Of a stretch of DNA of 64,000 nt, positions 1-11,465 are shown one piece after another (position 1 is the first letter of the stretch; each line of letters starts with the position of its first letter). A model generated the notes under the pieces. It made no database searches. It was not told where the DNA came from and saw only the letters and a list, made by a program, of their open reading frames with translations. The translations under genes and the position numbers were made by a program. The stretch is from Thermomicrobiales bacterium. GTDB taxonomy: Bacteria; Chloroflexota; Chloroflexia; Thermomicrobiales; JALYUS01. Location: contig JBBRLR010000010.1 of NCBI GenBank assembly GCA_038231255.1, forward strand, positions 8,989 to 72,988. The letters run 5' to 3'.

Positions 1-1
1 C

Positions 2-82
2 GCGCAGACGCTCGACCGCCGCAACGCCAAACTCGTCGCCGCTCTCCGCGAGGACCGCAAGGAACGCGATACTTCACCATAG
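2..82 (+). CDS. 3' end of an upstream gene (last 26 codons only, product unknown)
   Basis: Open frame enters the window and ends at TAG 80-82 (..LVAALREDRKERDTSP*). Too short to assign. Confidence 0.25.
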   Translation, partial: AQTLDRRNAKLVAALREDRKERDTSP

Positions 83-119
83 AGCCTGCTGTATAGCGAT
101 ATGACCGTCCGTTTACGGG

Positions 120-872
120 ATGGAGAACCTGATGCATCCCACGCTTGATAGACGCAATCAGCGGATATATACCGGAATGTGGATTGCACTCGCGCTCGCG
201 CTCGCCTTGTACGTTATTGCTATCGAAGTCTTGCATGCTCCCCGTATTGTCGCCCTCCTTTTCGCGGTGTTACCCGGAATCACTGTGTTGGTGCTTTGTT
301 GCAAGATCCGACCAACCGGCTTCCGTGTAACCGGCTGCTTCCGTCTTAACAGCGGCGAAACGATCACGCGTACGATTCCGATGTATTTGCCAGACAAAAG
401 CGATGATGAAACGTTTCTCATTGCGGCGGGAGCGTTCCTGCAACAACTTCAGACGAGTGGACATCAGTTCCCTGAAGGTACTGGACGGCTAGTGGAACTA
501 CTCGGCAAACCGGATGCTGCTCACAAGCGACTCATTCTGCAAGGCGATTTTCAAATGGCTAACGGCGAAGTCGTGACCCGAACCGTGTCGTGTCGCCTCG
601 CAACAAAGGTAGTGTTACGAACGCTCGCGACATTCGCGCAGCCATCGAGGATGAACTTCGCGCGGAGGGATTCCGATTCCCCGATGGAGTTGGCCAACTT
701 GTCACGACAAAGGGCGCGATATATGCCTGACGATACGGTTGTTGAGATACACTGTGGACATAACCGTGCCACCGCTACCGTCCGTCGCTTCGTGTCCCGT
801 CACGATCCGCACGTCTTTCCGCTCACGCGGCTTCCGCAGGGATGGGGCGGAACACGAGGCGATCTAAGGTGA
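120..872 (+). CDS. hypothetical membrane-anchored protein (orphan)
   Basis: ATG ORF of 250 aa with two N-terminal hydrophobic helices (WIALALALALYVIAIEV, VALLFAVLPGITVLVLCC). No motif recognised. G+C looks lower than the neighbours. The 3' end overlaps the convergent GtrA-like ORF by about 50 nt. Confidence 0.4.
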   Translation: MENLMHPTLDRRNQRIYTGMWIALALALALYVIAIEVLHAPRIVALLFAVLPGITVLVLCCKIRPTGFRVTGCFRLNSGETITRTIPMYLPDKSDDETFLIAAGAFLQQLQTSGHQFPEGTGRLVELLGKPDAAHKRLILQGDFQMANGEVVTRTVSCRLATKVVLRTLATFAQPSRMNFARRDSDSPMELANLSRQRARYMPDDTVVEIHCGHNRATATVRRFVSRHDPHVFPLTRLPQGWGGTRGDLR

Positions 873-1278
873 CGAAGTTGACGACCGCCGCCGCGATGAT
901 GCCGAGCGCGGCGGCGTAGAGGGCGGGGAGCACCAGGTGGGCGACGGTGAAGACGGAGAGATTGAGCAGCGCCGTCCCGGCGATCGAACCGTGGAAGGCG
1001 AGCCAGCAGCGACCGAGCGTCTGCCGCGTCGTCGTTGCCCGCCAGGCGCGCCAGGTGATGTTGATGTGGAGGAGGAAGTTCACCTGCGCGGAGACGAAGA
1101 AGGCGACAATTTCCGCGACGATGGCATTCCAGCCATGCCCCGTGAGGATATGCAGCAGCGCGAGTTGGAGCACGGCCGATGTCCCGCCGACGCAGGCGAA
1201 GCGGATCGGGCACGCCCGCGCGATCAGCCGCCCGCCCGCCCACTGCCCGAACGACGTGCGACGAAAAAACGCGGTCAT
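823..1278 (-). CDS. GtrA family membrane protein
   Basis: 151 aa with four hydrophobic segments and the N-terminal IRFACVGGTSAVLQLALLHIL signature typical of GtrA. Starts 8 nt downstream of the GT2 gene on the same strand. Confidence 0.8.
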   Translation of the reverse strand: MTAFFRRTSFGQWAGGRLIARACPIRFACVGGTSAVLQLALLHILTGHGWNAIVAEIVAFFVSAQVNFLLHINITWRAWRATTTRQTLGRCWLAFHGSIAGTALLNLSVFTVAHLVLPALYAAALGIIAAAVVNFVTLDRLVFRPIPAEAA

Positions 1279-1286
1279 GATCTAGT

Positions 1287-3467
1287 TCATCCCTTCTCGT
1301 TCGCGCTACCGCCCGCGAGCTGTGACGTAATTGCGGCCTCCGCATGGCCGGTCGTTGACAGCCCGTGCGAAGTCTTCTCCCAATAGAACGGCTTGGTAAT
1401 CAGTTGCCAGAGCGCCTTGTAGGCGGCAATGCTCATCATCAGCCAGTACACCGGTATCAGTACGGCGGGCACAATCAGCCCGTAATAGCGGCGGCGCATC
1501 GCCGCCATCATGCAGGTGATCACAAAGTACAAATTGCCGAAGACCAGCGCGACGAAACTGATGATACTGAGCACACCGGAATACAGATCCGCGATGATCG
1601 CCGGGTGGAAGACGAACCAGATGACCGATGTTGACCAGAGGATCGGGTTGATCAGCAGCACCGCGAACGATCCGCCCACCGTCGCCTGGACGCTCCAGAA
1701 GTCGCGCGTGCCCAGTTCGCGCCAAAGGCGGAGGGGGTGCCGGTTGTGGACCAGCCACGTCTGCATGTACCCCTTGATCCAGCGGGAGCGCTGACGGATC
1801 CAGTTACCGTAGCGCGTGTTCGCTTCCTCGAACGTCGTCGAGTCGAGGATCGCCGTGCGGTAGCCCAACTTGAAGAGCCGGATGCCGAGATCGGCGTCCT
1901 CCGTCACATTGTACGGGTCCCACGCGCCCGCCTCGATCAGCCGCTCGGTGATGAAGAAGTTGGAGGTGCCACCGAGCGGGATCGGCGCTTTCGTGACGCC
2001 CAAGCCCGGCAGGAAAAGGTCGAACCACTGGCTGTATTCGAGCGTGAACCAACCGGTGAGCAGATTCTCGTACGGGTTGAAGTAGTTCAATTTCGCTTGG
2101 ATGCAGGTCACATCGTCCGGCGCGTTGCGGAAGGCAACGACGCACTTCTTCAATTGGTCGCTGTCCGGGATGTCCTCGGCGTCGTAGATGACCAGCAGAT
2201 CCCCCGTCGCCTCGATCAGCCCGTAGTTGCATGCCTTCGGCTTGGTCTTCGGCTTGGCGTCGGGCACGCGGACGATCTTGAAGTACTCCGGCGGGCGGGC
2301 GGCGCGCACGGCGGCGGCGGTCTCCTCATCCTCCTCTTCGAGGAGAATCTTCACGTCCAGCTTGATCGCCGGGTAGTCCATATTGGCGATGGCGCGCAGC
2401 AGGACGGGCACAATCGCCGCCTCGCGGTAGAGCGGTATGAGGATGGTGATCGTCGGCAACTCGTCGTCCACCAGCGACGCGACATCTTCCCGCGAGGCGT
2501 TCACCACGAGGTTCGTCGCGCCGCCTTGCAAGATCAGAAAGGTCTTGTAGATGGCGAACGAGGCGTAGATCGCGATAAAGACGATGTTCACCACCGCGAG
2601 CGTCGCGCGCCAACTGAGGATCGCGCCAATGATGACCACGAGCAGCAGTGTGGCGAACCCGATCACTTGTCTGCGCTCGAAGGTGAGGTGCGCGCTGTTT
2701 TCCGCCTGGTCGCGTTGCAGCGCCATCGTGCTCTGGACGATATTCTCCGCGCGGTAGATTTGTCGCAGCGCCCAGTCAATATCCCGGTCGGTCGTCAGGG
2801 CGACATGCACGGCGCGCCCCGTTTCCTGGGCAATCACGTTGCGCGTCGCATCATCGAACAGGTCAACCATCGCGAGCGTGATCGTCGTTTCCGTCAATCC
2901 GACCGGGATCACTCGGCGCTCGCGCAGGAACTGCTGCGGCAGGAGCGATGCGATGGCATCGGGAAACTGCTGCGTCCGCAGATTGACGACTGGCTTGGCG
3001 AGATAGCGCGAGATCAGCAGCGCGAGGTTCCACGGGTTGATGTACGCCATCTGGATCACGGCCAGGCCGAGCGATGTGCCCGTCTGCGCCGCATAGAACG
3101 CCGCCTCCGCCACCTGCTCCGCTGAAAGGGTGTCGCTCGCGACGAGGATTTCCGCCAGCGAGGTTGGAGCGGACGCCACCGCCTCGTCCGCGCCGAAGAA
3201 CTCGTCCATCATCGCATCGAGTTCGCCCGCCGAGACAGTGAGGACGCGCAGCGGTTTTGTTACGAGCGCTTCGAGGAACTCGCGCGACACCTCGGGGGCG
3301 TATGCATCGGAGACCGCGATGAAATAGTCGCCGAACTCGCCGAGCGGCAGGACGCGAAATGCCCGCGCGAGCGGGGCGGAGATGGGACCAAGCCCGTCGG
3401 CGTCTACCGGGACAGACGCGCGCTCTGGGAGATTTGTTTGCGTTGATACCATCGTGCCCTCGCTCAT
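1287..3467 (-). CDS. family 2 glycosyltransferase (processive, membrane-embedded) with an N-terminal T2SSE_N/MshEN-like domain
   Basis: 726 aa. The N-terminal ~250 aa resemble the GspE/MshE N-domain (LAEILVASDTLSAEQV.., RERRVIPVGLTETTITLAMVDLFD..ALRQIY). This is followed by TM helices and a GT2 core with YDAEDIPD and the QRSRW (Q(Q/R)xRW) motif, then C-terminal TM helices. Confidence 0.85.
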   Translation of the reverse strand: MSEGTMVSTQTNLPERASVPVDADGLGPISAPLARAFRVLPLGEFGDYFIAVSDAYAPEVSREFLEALVTKPLRVLTVSAGELDAMMDEFFGADEAVASAPTSLAEILVASDTLSAEQVAEAAFYAAQTGTSLGLAVIQMAYINPWNLALLISRYLAKPVVNLRTQQFPDAIASLLPQQFLRERRVIPVGLTETTITLAMVDLFDDATRNVIAQETGRAVHVALTTDRDIDWALRQIYRAENIVQSTMALQRDQAENSAHLTFERRQVIGFATLLLVVIIGAILSWRATLAVVNIVFIAIYASFAIYKTFLILQGGATNLVVNASREDVASLVDDELPTITILIPLYREAAIVPVLLRAIANMDYPAIKLDVKILLEEEDEETAAAVRAARPPEYFKIVRVPDAKPKTKPKACNYGLIEATGDLLVIYDAEDIPDSDQLKKCVVAFRNAPDDVTCIQAKLNYFNPYENLLTGWFTLEYSQWFDLFLPGLGVTKAPIPLGGTSNFFITERLIEAGAWDPYNVTEDADLGIRLFKLGYRTAILDSTTFEEANTRYGNWIRQRSRWIKGYMQTWLVHNRHPLRLWRELGTRDFWSVQATVGGSFAVLLINPILWSTSVIWFVFHPAIIADLYSGVLSIISFVALVFGNLYFVITCMMAAMRRRYYGLIVPAVLIPVYWLMMSIAAYKALWQLITKPFYWEKTSHGLSTTGHAEAAITSQLAGGSANEKG

Positions 3468-4981
3468 GCATTGCCGTCCTTCACGCGATGAAAAACGACA
3501 ATTTCGCCATCGTCATAGATGCGTGCGAAGCCGGCGATTGCCCCATCGCGCACCACCGCGCGGTTCACGCGGTCGTTGCGGTATTCCCGCGAGGTCGGGC
3601 TGAGAGTGATGACCGTCGTGATGGAGGACGGTACCGCCGCCAGCGCCGCCGTCCATCCCACCGGGTCGGATGAGTCTATGTACTCGTGGAGTGCGTGCCC
3701 GCCCTCGGTGTAGATGATTTTGCTCTGCGGCTGGAGTGTGTCATCCATGAGCGTGAGGCCGTCGTGCGGCTGACTCTTGAACCAGCGCGCCGCCGTATGG
3801 CTCGCCTGGGCATTCAGCGCGCGGTCCTGCAATCGCCCTTCCGCCACGATCACCGGGCCGAGCGGCTCGAACAACTGGGCGACGCCGGAAATGAGGACGA
3901 GCGCAACGATGATCGCCCCGCCGATACGCGCGTGGCGACCGAAGAAGCCAACGAACGCCGCAGCCATCAGCGCGATCAGCGGCGCGAGCGTCGCACCGTA
4001 ACGGATGTTGAAGATGCCTCCCGGTTGCGCCGCGCGGGTAACAATCACGCTCTGGCTCGTCGTCAGCGCGAACACATAGAAGAGCAATGGCCCGAGCAGC
4101 ATCGGATAGATCAGGGCAATCGGACGGCGGCGCATCCGCACTGCGGCAACGATGCCGCCAACCGCGATCAGCAGCGGCACGACGCCCGTAACCTCGAAAA
4201 CTGCCGTCGCATACGTCAGCAGCGCATGCACGGGGTTCCCCCGCTCCGGTGGATGCCCGTTGATGGTAGGGATCACGCCGTTCGCCGCCAGATCGGCGAC
4301 AATACGCGCTGAGGAGTACTCGCCCCGAAAAAACGCCAGTGGATCACCGAAGATCACCCAGTTGTAGATCAACCAGAGCGCGAGGGCGGAACAGGGAAGC
4401 AATGCATAGCAGATGGCGACGGCCTGCACAGCGAGCCGGTCGCGCAGCCACCAGCCCGTCGCGATGAGAATTCCCAAACCTACGAGCACGCTGGTCATCC
4501 AGTTGTCGTAGCGGGACAGCATCCCGCAGGCCGCGAAAAAGGCGGCGGCGAAGAGCGCGTCGGGTTGCACCTCGCCACGCGGCAGCCCTTCGAGCACCCG
4601 CGCCGCCGCCGCGATGCAGAGGCAGGTGAATGTGAGCGCGGCCACTTCCAGGAGCGGTGTGACGTACAAGTAGACGACGTTCGGGGCGGCGAGGAAGACG
4701 AGCGCGGCGACCCACCCCATCGTCGCCCCGCCGAGTAGGACGCCCGTCCGATAGAGCGCCCCGACGGAAAGTTGCAGGAACACGCCGCCGAGCAGCGCGC
4801 CTGCCAGCCCGGAATGCCAGAGCGGGTCTATCCAGACAAGCGGAGTGAGCAGAAGCGACGGGAGCGGGAGCCAGACCGTGCCGAGTTGGCCAACACCCGG
4901 ATTGAGGCTGTCTATCACACGGCGGGCGATCAACTCGTGCGAGAGGGCGTCCCCATAGGCGCGCAGCAGGCTGGCGTGCAT
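3464..4981 (-). CDS. polytopic membrane protein, GT-C (ArnT/PMT-like) glycosyltransferase candidate
   Basis: 505 aa with at least 10 hydrophobic segments followed by a soluble C-terminal region. Its stop overlaps the GT2 start by 4 nt (ATGA). The family assignment is tentative. Confidence 0.55.
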   Translation of the reverse strand: MHASLLRAYGDALSHELIARRVIDSLNPGVGQLGTVWLPLPSLLLTPLVWIDPLWHSGLAGALLGGVFLQLSVGALYRTGVLLGGATMGWVAALVFLAAPNVVYLYVTPLLEVAALTFTCLCIAAAARVLEGLPRGEVQPDALFAAAFFAACGMLSRYDNWMTSVLVGLGILIATGWWLRDRLAVQAVAICYALLPCSALALWLIYNWVIFGDPLAFFRGEYSSARIVADLAANGVIPTINGHPPERGNPVHALLTYATAVFEVTGVVPLLIAVGGIVAAVRMRRRPIALIYPMLLGPLLFYVFALTTSQSVIVTRAAQPGGIFNIRYGATLAPLIALMAAAFVGFFGRHARIGGAIIVALVLISGVAQLFEPLGPVIVAEGRLQDRALNAQASHTAARWFKSQPHDGLTLMDDTLQPQSKIIYTEGGHALHEYIDSSDPVGWTAALAAVPSSITTVITLSPTSREYRNDRVNRAVVRDGAIAGFARIYDDGEIVVFHRVKDGNA

Positions 4982-5444
4982 CGCTCAGCTGACCGCAACG
5001 ATCCAGACCGCCAGTGTCAGGAGGCGCAAGGGGCGTGGCACCACCGAGGTGAGGACGGCCGCGGGCGGCCGCCCCGCGCGGTGCGCATCGGTCGCACTTT
5101 GTTCCGGGTGCATCGGCACGCGCCATGTGCGCGGCGGCATTGCAGTAATCGCATCTTCCGCCAACGCCGAATGAGCCATCGTTCTCGCCATCGTATCCCC
5201 CACTGCGCCACCGGACGGAGATGAGTGTACAAAATAGCCCTATGCGGTAACTGTATACATCAGTCCATCATTTACAACGTATCCTGTGGTGATTTGTGAC
5301 GAATTGTTCAGGTCAGTCGCGTTTTCGTCTATCGTACGGAGATGCATGTGCGCCATGCGTCGCCGATGAACGGGGGCGCCAACGAACCGGCATCGGGCAA
5401 GAAATGAGCGTGAACGCGTAGGAATAGCGGTATACTGACGCACG

Positions 5445-6530
5445 ATGACACACTTGGATATCGCACACGTGCGGCTACACAACCACCATATTGCAGGGAC
5501 GAAACTCGCCGCGCCCGATGCGGTCGTGCGGTGGATGGGCGCTGTTCAGTCCCAGGATTACGCGGGCGCGAAATGGGCGGTCGGCCAGCGCATGCACGAC
5601 ACGACCGACGCCGCCCTAGACCGGGCATTCGCCGACGGGGCGATCCTTCGCATCCATATGATGCGGCCCACCTGGCATTTCGTCGTTCCCGCCGATATTC
5701 GCTGGCTGCTGGCGCTCACGGCCCCGCGCGTCAATGCCACCAATGCCTATCACTACCGGAAACACGGCCTCGACGATGCCACATTTACCCGCAGCAACGC
5801 CGCGCTGACGAACGCCCTGCGGGGCGGGGCGCAGCGGACCCGCACCGAACTCGCGTCCGTGCTGCAACAGGCCGACATCGCGACAAACGACCTACGGCTC
5901 GGCCTCATCATGATGCGCGCCGAACTGGACGGCGTTGTGTGCAGCGGCGCGCGGCGCGGCAAACAATTCACCTACGCCCTGCTCGATGAGCGCGCGCCGC
6001 ACGCCAAAACGTTGGCACGCGACGAAGCCCTGGCGGAACTCACCCGGCGTTACATGACGAGCCACGGCCCGGCGACCGTGCAGGATTTCGTCTGGTGGTC
6101 GGGACTGACGATGACCGACGCGAAAGCCGGGCTCGAAATGGTAAAATCCCAACTGCTGCATGAGGTTGTGGACGACCGGACGTATTGGTTCACCGCGTCC
6201 GCGCCAATCGAGAGAAATCCATCACCGACCGCCTTCCTGCTGCCGTATTTCGATGAGTACACCGTCGGCTATACCGACCGGAGCGCCATTCTCGATGCGC
6301 CGCCCGCCGAAAATGTTGATTCACGGAACAGTCTCCTCCTCAATCCCGTGATGATTATTAACGGTCGGGTGATCGGCACCTGGAAGCGCAGGCTCAAGAA
6401 GGACGCGGCAATCATCGAAGCAATCCCCTTCGCGCCGCTCGGCGCCGCAGCAGTGCTGGCCCTCGAAGTCGCGGCAGCGCGCTACGGCCAGTTTATCGGT
6501 GTGCCTGTCACGCTGCGGCTTGGCCGATAG
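5445..6530 (+). CDS. winged-helix DNA-binding protein, YcaQ/AlkZ-like (DUF1006) crosslink-repair glycosylase family
   Basis: 361 aa. The N-terminal VRLHNHHIAG..VVRWMGAVQSQDYAGAKWAVGQR and overall length match my recollection of YcaQ-family proteins. Confidence 0.7.
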   Translation: MTHLDIAHVRLHNHHIAGTKLAAPDAVVRWMGAVQSQDYAGAKWAVGQRMHDTTDAALDRAFADGAILRIHMMRPTWHFVVPADIRWLLALTAPRVNATNAYHYRKHGLDDATFTRSNAALTNALRGGAQRTRTELASVLQQADIATNDLRLGLIMMRAELDGVVCSGARRGKQFTYALLDERAPHAKTLARDEALAELTRRYMTSHGPATVQDFVWWSGLTMTDAKAGLEMVKSQLLHEVVDDRTYWFTASAPIERNPSPTAFLLPYFDEYTVGYTDRSAILDAPPAENVDSRNSLLLNPVMIINGRVIGTWKRRLKKDAAIIEAIPFAPLGAAAVLALEVAAARYGQFIGVPVTLRLGR

Positions 6531-6588
6531 CAACACCAGAAGAGATGTTATGCCGGTCGACACTGCCGCCTTTCTCCGGCTATAGTGA

Positions 6589-8268
<1,680 letters not shown>

Positions 8269-8277
8269 CGACCTGCC

Positions 8278-10503
8278 CTAATCCGTAGCCCGCGCGCCCT
8301 TAGAGATGATCGGCGTATCGCGGCGGACTTCGTAGATGTCGCGGATTTGCTCGAAGCGCTGGAGGATGCGGCTGAGGGCTTCGACGCCCGCCACCTCGAC
8401 GGTCAGGCGCATCGTCACCGTGCGGTCGGGGTGAGTGTGGCTGTTGATCGAGAGCAGATTGATCTTCTCGTCCGCCGCCATGCTGGACACATCGCGCATC
8501 AGGCCGACACGATCCCACGCCTCCAGCCGCACGCCGACGGGATACGCCTGGCTCTGCGTCGTACCTCCCCACGAGACGGGCACGAGCCGCTCCTGCTCCG
8601 GTTCCTTGACGACATTCGGGCAGTCGGTGCGGTGGACGGTGATGCCCTTGCCGCGCGTCACGTAGCCGATGATCTTGTCGCCCGGCACGGGCTTGCAGCA
8701 GGGCGCGAGCCGCGTCAGCATATCGCCGACGCCCATCACCTCGATACCGGAGGACGAACTGGCGGGGCGGGGCGTGGCCTCGGTCGGCGGCAGGGCGATC
8801 ACCTGCTCGACGGGATTGAGCGCCGAGACTTGCTGCGCGATCTGCTGCGTCGTCACCGCGCCGTAGCCGATAGCGGCGAGGAAGTCGTCGAGGCGGTTGT
8901 AGCGCGTGAACTGCTTGGCGATCTCGTCCAGTTTCATCTCGACACCGAGCCGCTTCAGCTCCTTTTCCAGCATGTCCCGGCCCTGGGCGATATTTTGGTC
9001 GCGCTGCTGGCGGCGGAACCATTGGCGGATCTTCTCGCGCGCCTGCGCCGTATGCACGTAGCCGGACGAGGTGAGCAGCCAGTCCCGGCTCGGCCCGACC
9101 TTCGCGCGCGAGGTCATGATCTTGATCATCTCGCCATTTTGCAGCTTATAGTCGAGCGGCACGAGCCGGTCGTTGACCATCGCGCCGACGCAGGTATGGC
9201 CGACATCCGAGTGGATGCGGTAGGCGAAATCCACCGGCGTCGAACCGGCAGGCAACTCGATGATGTCCCCGGCGGGCGTGAAGACGTAGAGCATCTCCTG
9301 GAAGACATCGCTCTTCAGCGTTTCGACAAATGCTTGCGCGTCCACCACCTCGTCGCGCCAGTCCATCAGTTGCCGCAGCCACGCGACGCGCGCCTCCAGC
9401 CCGGCGTCCCGCTTGCCGCCCTCTTTGTAGCGCCAGTGCGACGCGATGCCGTACTCGGCGGCAATATGCATCTCCTTGGTGCGGATCTGCACCTCGACCG
9501 GGCGGGCGTCGAGGGCACGGACTGCGGTATGGAGGGACTGGTACATACTCTCCTTCGGGGAGGCGATGTAGTCGTCGAACTCGCCGGGGATCGGCCGCCA
9601 CATTGTGTGGATGATGCCAAGGGCGGCGTAGCAATCCTTCAGTTCCGGCACGATCACGCGGATGGCGATCGCGTCGTAGATCTCTTCGAGCGTCCGGCGC
9701 TTCTGATCCATCTTCCGGGCGATGGACCAGAGGTGCTTGGCCCGGCCGTAGACCTCGGCCGGGATGCCCGCCGCGCCGAGCGCTTCTTTCAGCGTCTCGA
9801 TCACCCGGTTGATATAGGCGGTGCGATTGCCGCCCTGCGCTTCGAGCGAGGCGTCAATCGTGCGGTAGCGGTCCGGTTCGAGCGTCCGGAAGGCGAGGTC
9901 TTCCAACTCGCTCTTGATCTGCCAGATACCGAGCCGGTTCGCCAGCGGCGCGTAGATTTCCAGCGTCTCCTGGGCATTCGCCATCTGCGAGCGTTCGGAC
10001 ATCGCGGCGATTGTGCGCATGTTGTGCAGGCGATCCGCCAGTTTGATCAGCACCACCCGCACATCATCCGCCATCGCGAGGAACATCTTGCGCAGGCTTT
10101 CCGCCTTCGAGGAATCTTCCTTGCCCGCCGTCCATTCGATCCGCTCGAGTTTCGTGACACCGTCCACCAGCCGAACGACCTTCTCGCCGAACTGATTGCG
10201 GATGTTGTCGAGCGTGATCGTCGTGTCTTCGGGCACGTCATGGAGCAGGGCGGCGGCAATCGTCTCGGCGTCCATCTGCATATCGGCGAGGATCGTCGCG
10301 ACCGCCACGGGATGCGTGATGTACGCCTCGCCCGACTTGCGCTCCACCCCGGCGTGTGCATCCGCCGCCATCGGGTAGGCGCGCGCGACAAGCGAAAGAT
10401 CGGAGACGCCCATGCCCGCGCCCTGCAACTGCGCTTCGAGCGGCAGGAAGTACGTCATATCGGTGGGTGGATGTACCGAAGAAACGGCGGGAGCGGTAGC
10501 CAT
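8278..10503 (-). CDS. rel: bifunctional (p)ppGpp synthetase/hydrolase, RelA/SpoT family
   Basis: 741 aa. HD hydrolase domain (HPVAVA..LHDVPEDT), RelA/SpoT synthetase core (YRSLHT-like MYQSLHTAV), TGS (VFTPAGDIIELPAGSTPVDFAY) and a C-terminal ACT-like domain. Confidence 0.95.
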   Translation of the reverse strand: MATAPAVSSVHPPTDMTYFLPLEAQLQGAGMGVSDLSLVARAYPMAADAHAGVERKSGEAYITHPVAVATILADMQMDAETIAAALLHDVPEDTTITLDNIRNQFGEKVVRLVDGVTKLERIEWTAGKEDSSKAESLRKMFLAMADDVRVVLIKLADRLHNMRTIAAMSERSQMANAQETLEIYAPLANRLGIWQIKSELEDLAFRTLEPDRYRTIDASLEAQGGNRTAYINRVIETLKEALGAAGIPAEVYGRAKHLWSIARKMDQKRRTLEEIYDAIAIRVIVPELKDCYAALGIIHTMWRPIPGEFDDYIASPKESMYQSLHTAVRALDARPVEVQIRTKEMHIAAEYGIASHWRYKEGGKRDAGLEARVAWLRQLMDWRDEVVDAQAFVETLKSDVFQEMLYVFTPAGDIIELPAGSTPVDFAYRIHSDVGHTCVGAMVNDRLVPLDYKLQNGEMIKIMTSRAKVGPSRDWLLTSSGYVHTAQAREKIRQWFRRQQRDQNIAQGRDMLEKELKRLGVEMKLDEIAKQFTRYNRLDDFLAAIGYGAVTTQQIAQQVSALNPVEQVIALPPTEATPRPASSSSGIEVMGVGDMLTRLAPCCKPVPGDKIIGYVTRGKGITVHRTDCPNVVKEPEQERLVPVSWGGTTQSQAYPVGVRLEAWDRVGLMRDVSSMAADEKINLLSINSHTHPDRTVTMRLTVEVAGVEALSRILQRFEQIRDIYEVRRDTPIISKGARATD

Positions 10504-10774
10504 TCGTGCGTGTCACCTTTTCCTGTTGTGTGCAGTGTATTGCCGAGGTCAGGCGGGGCCGTTCCGCCCTCCTGAAAAGTATAACACACGGCGAATACGC
10601 CTTGTTCCTGGTTCTTACTATGCTACCGTAGCGGTTCCAAGGCAAAACCCTCGGGATCATATGATCCCCTGCACTAAACAACTGTTGACCGATTACAGAT
10701 CTCTGTGAGGCGCTGCCTAACGCAATCACTGAGTGGACAATCATGCGGCAACGCTGTATGCTCAATCGGAAGAC

Positions 10775-10792
10775 GTACAGATATTTGTACAG
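10775..10792. promoter_or_regulatory. possible antitoxin operator (two GTACAG/TGTACA half-palindromes 12 nt apart)
   Basis: acGTACAGatatttGTACAGaac lies about 25 nt upstream of the phd/yefM start, in an AT-rich stretch. This is only a pattern argument. Confidence 0.25.
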
Positions 10793-10817
10793 AACATTGC
10801 AATAAAGGAGCACGATC

Positions 10818-11090
10818 ATGGTTGCGACGCTCTCGATGGCCGAAGCGCGCGAGCAATTCACCCGGTTGCCGGAGCAATTCGAGCAAGAACCGGAACTGAC
10901 CGTACAAGTGACGCGACACGGGCGGCCGGTGATGGCGGTGCTTTCGTGGGAACTCTATGAGTCAATCACAGAGACACTGGAAATTCTCGGCGATCCGGAA
11001 CTGATGGCAGCGTTGCGTCAGAGTGCTCAGGAGATCGCGCGCGGCGAAACCATTCCTTGGGAAACCGTCAAGGTCGAGCTCGGCGTGTGA
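10818..11090 (+). CDS. type II antitoxin, Phd/YefM family
   Basis: 90 aa (..LSMAEAREQFTRLPEQ..VTRHGRPVMAVLSWELYESITETLEIL). AAGGAG ribosome-binding site upstream. Its stop overlaps the toxin GTG start. Confidence 0.8.
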   Translation: MVATLSMAEAREQFTRLPEQFEQEPELTVQVTRHGRPVMAVLSWELYESITETLEILGDPELMAALRQSAQEIARGETIPWETVKVELGV

Positions 11091-11437
11091 ATCTCACATG
11101 GCAGATTATCCTTACCCCGATGGCGCGGGCACAGATTCGTGCGATCACCGACGTGCGGGTACGGAAAGCGGTTATCGCGCGCATTGATGATCTCACGCAC
11201 GAACCGGAGCAGCGCGGGAAGCCGCTCTTCGAGGAACTCGCCGGTCATTACTCCGTTCGTGCGGACGGGCAACGCTATCGCATCATTTATCAACTCGACA
11301 ATCAAACAGTGATTGTCCATGTCGTCGCTATCGGTAGACGCAAGCAAGGTAATAAGAACGACATCTATACGTTAGCGCGGCGGCTATTCCGTCAAGGGTT
11401 ACTCGCCCCTGACCTACCCACGGATGAAGAAGGCTGA
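11087..11437 (+). CDS. type II toxin, RelE/ParE family
   Basis: GTG at 11087 overlaps the antitoxin stop (GTGA). About 116 aa, containing ..GKPLFEELAGHYSVRADGQRYRIIYQLDNQTVIVHVVAIGRRKQ, typical of RelE/ParE. Confidence 0.8.
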   Translation: MNLTWQIILTPMARAQIRAITDVRVRKAVIARIDDLTHEPEQRGKPLFEELAGHYSVRADGQRYRIIYQLDNQTVIVHVVAIGRRKQGNKNDIYTLARRLFRQGLLAPDLPTDEEG

Positions 11438-11465
11438 CTGCGCACGAGCGAAAGGGAACGAGCCG

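Noticed and set aside
8347-10575. 742-aa ORF on the plus strand, covering the whole rel gene in antisense
   Set aside because: Arg/Ala/Gly/Asp/His-rich low-information sequence with no motifs. This is typical of GC-driven shadow frames. The minus-strand frame carries complete HD, synthetase, TGS and ACT motifs.
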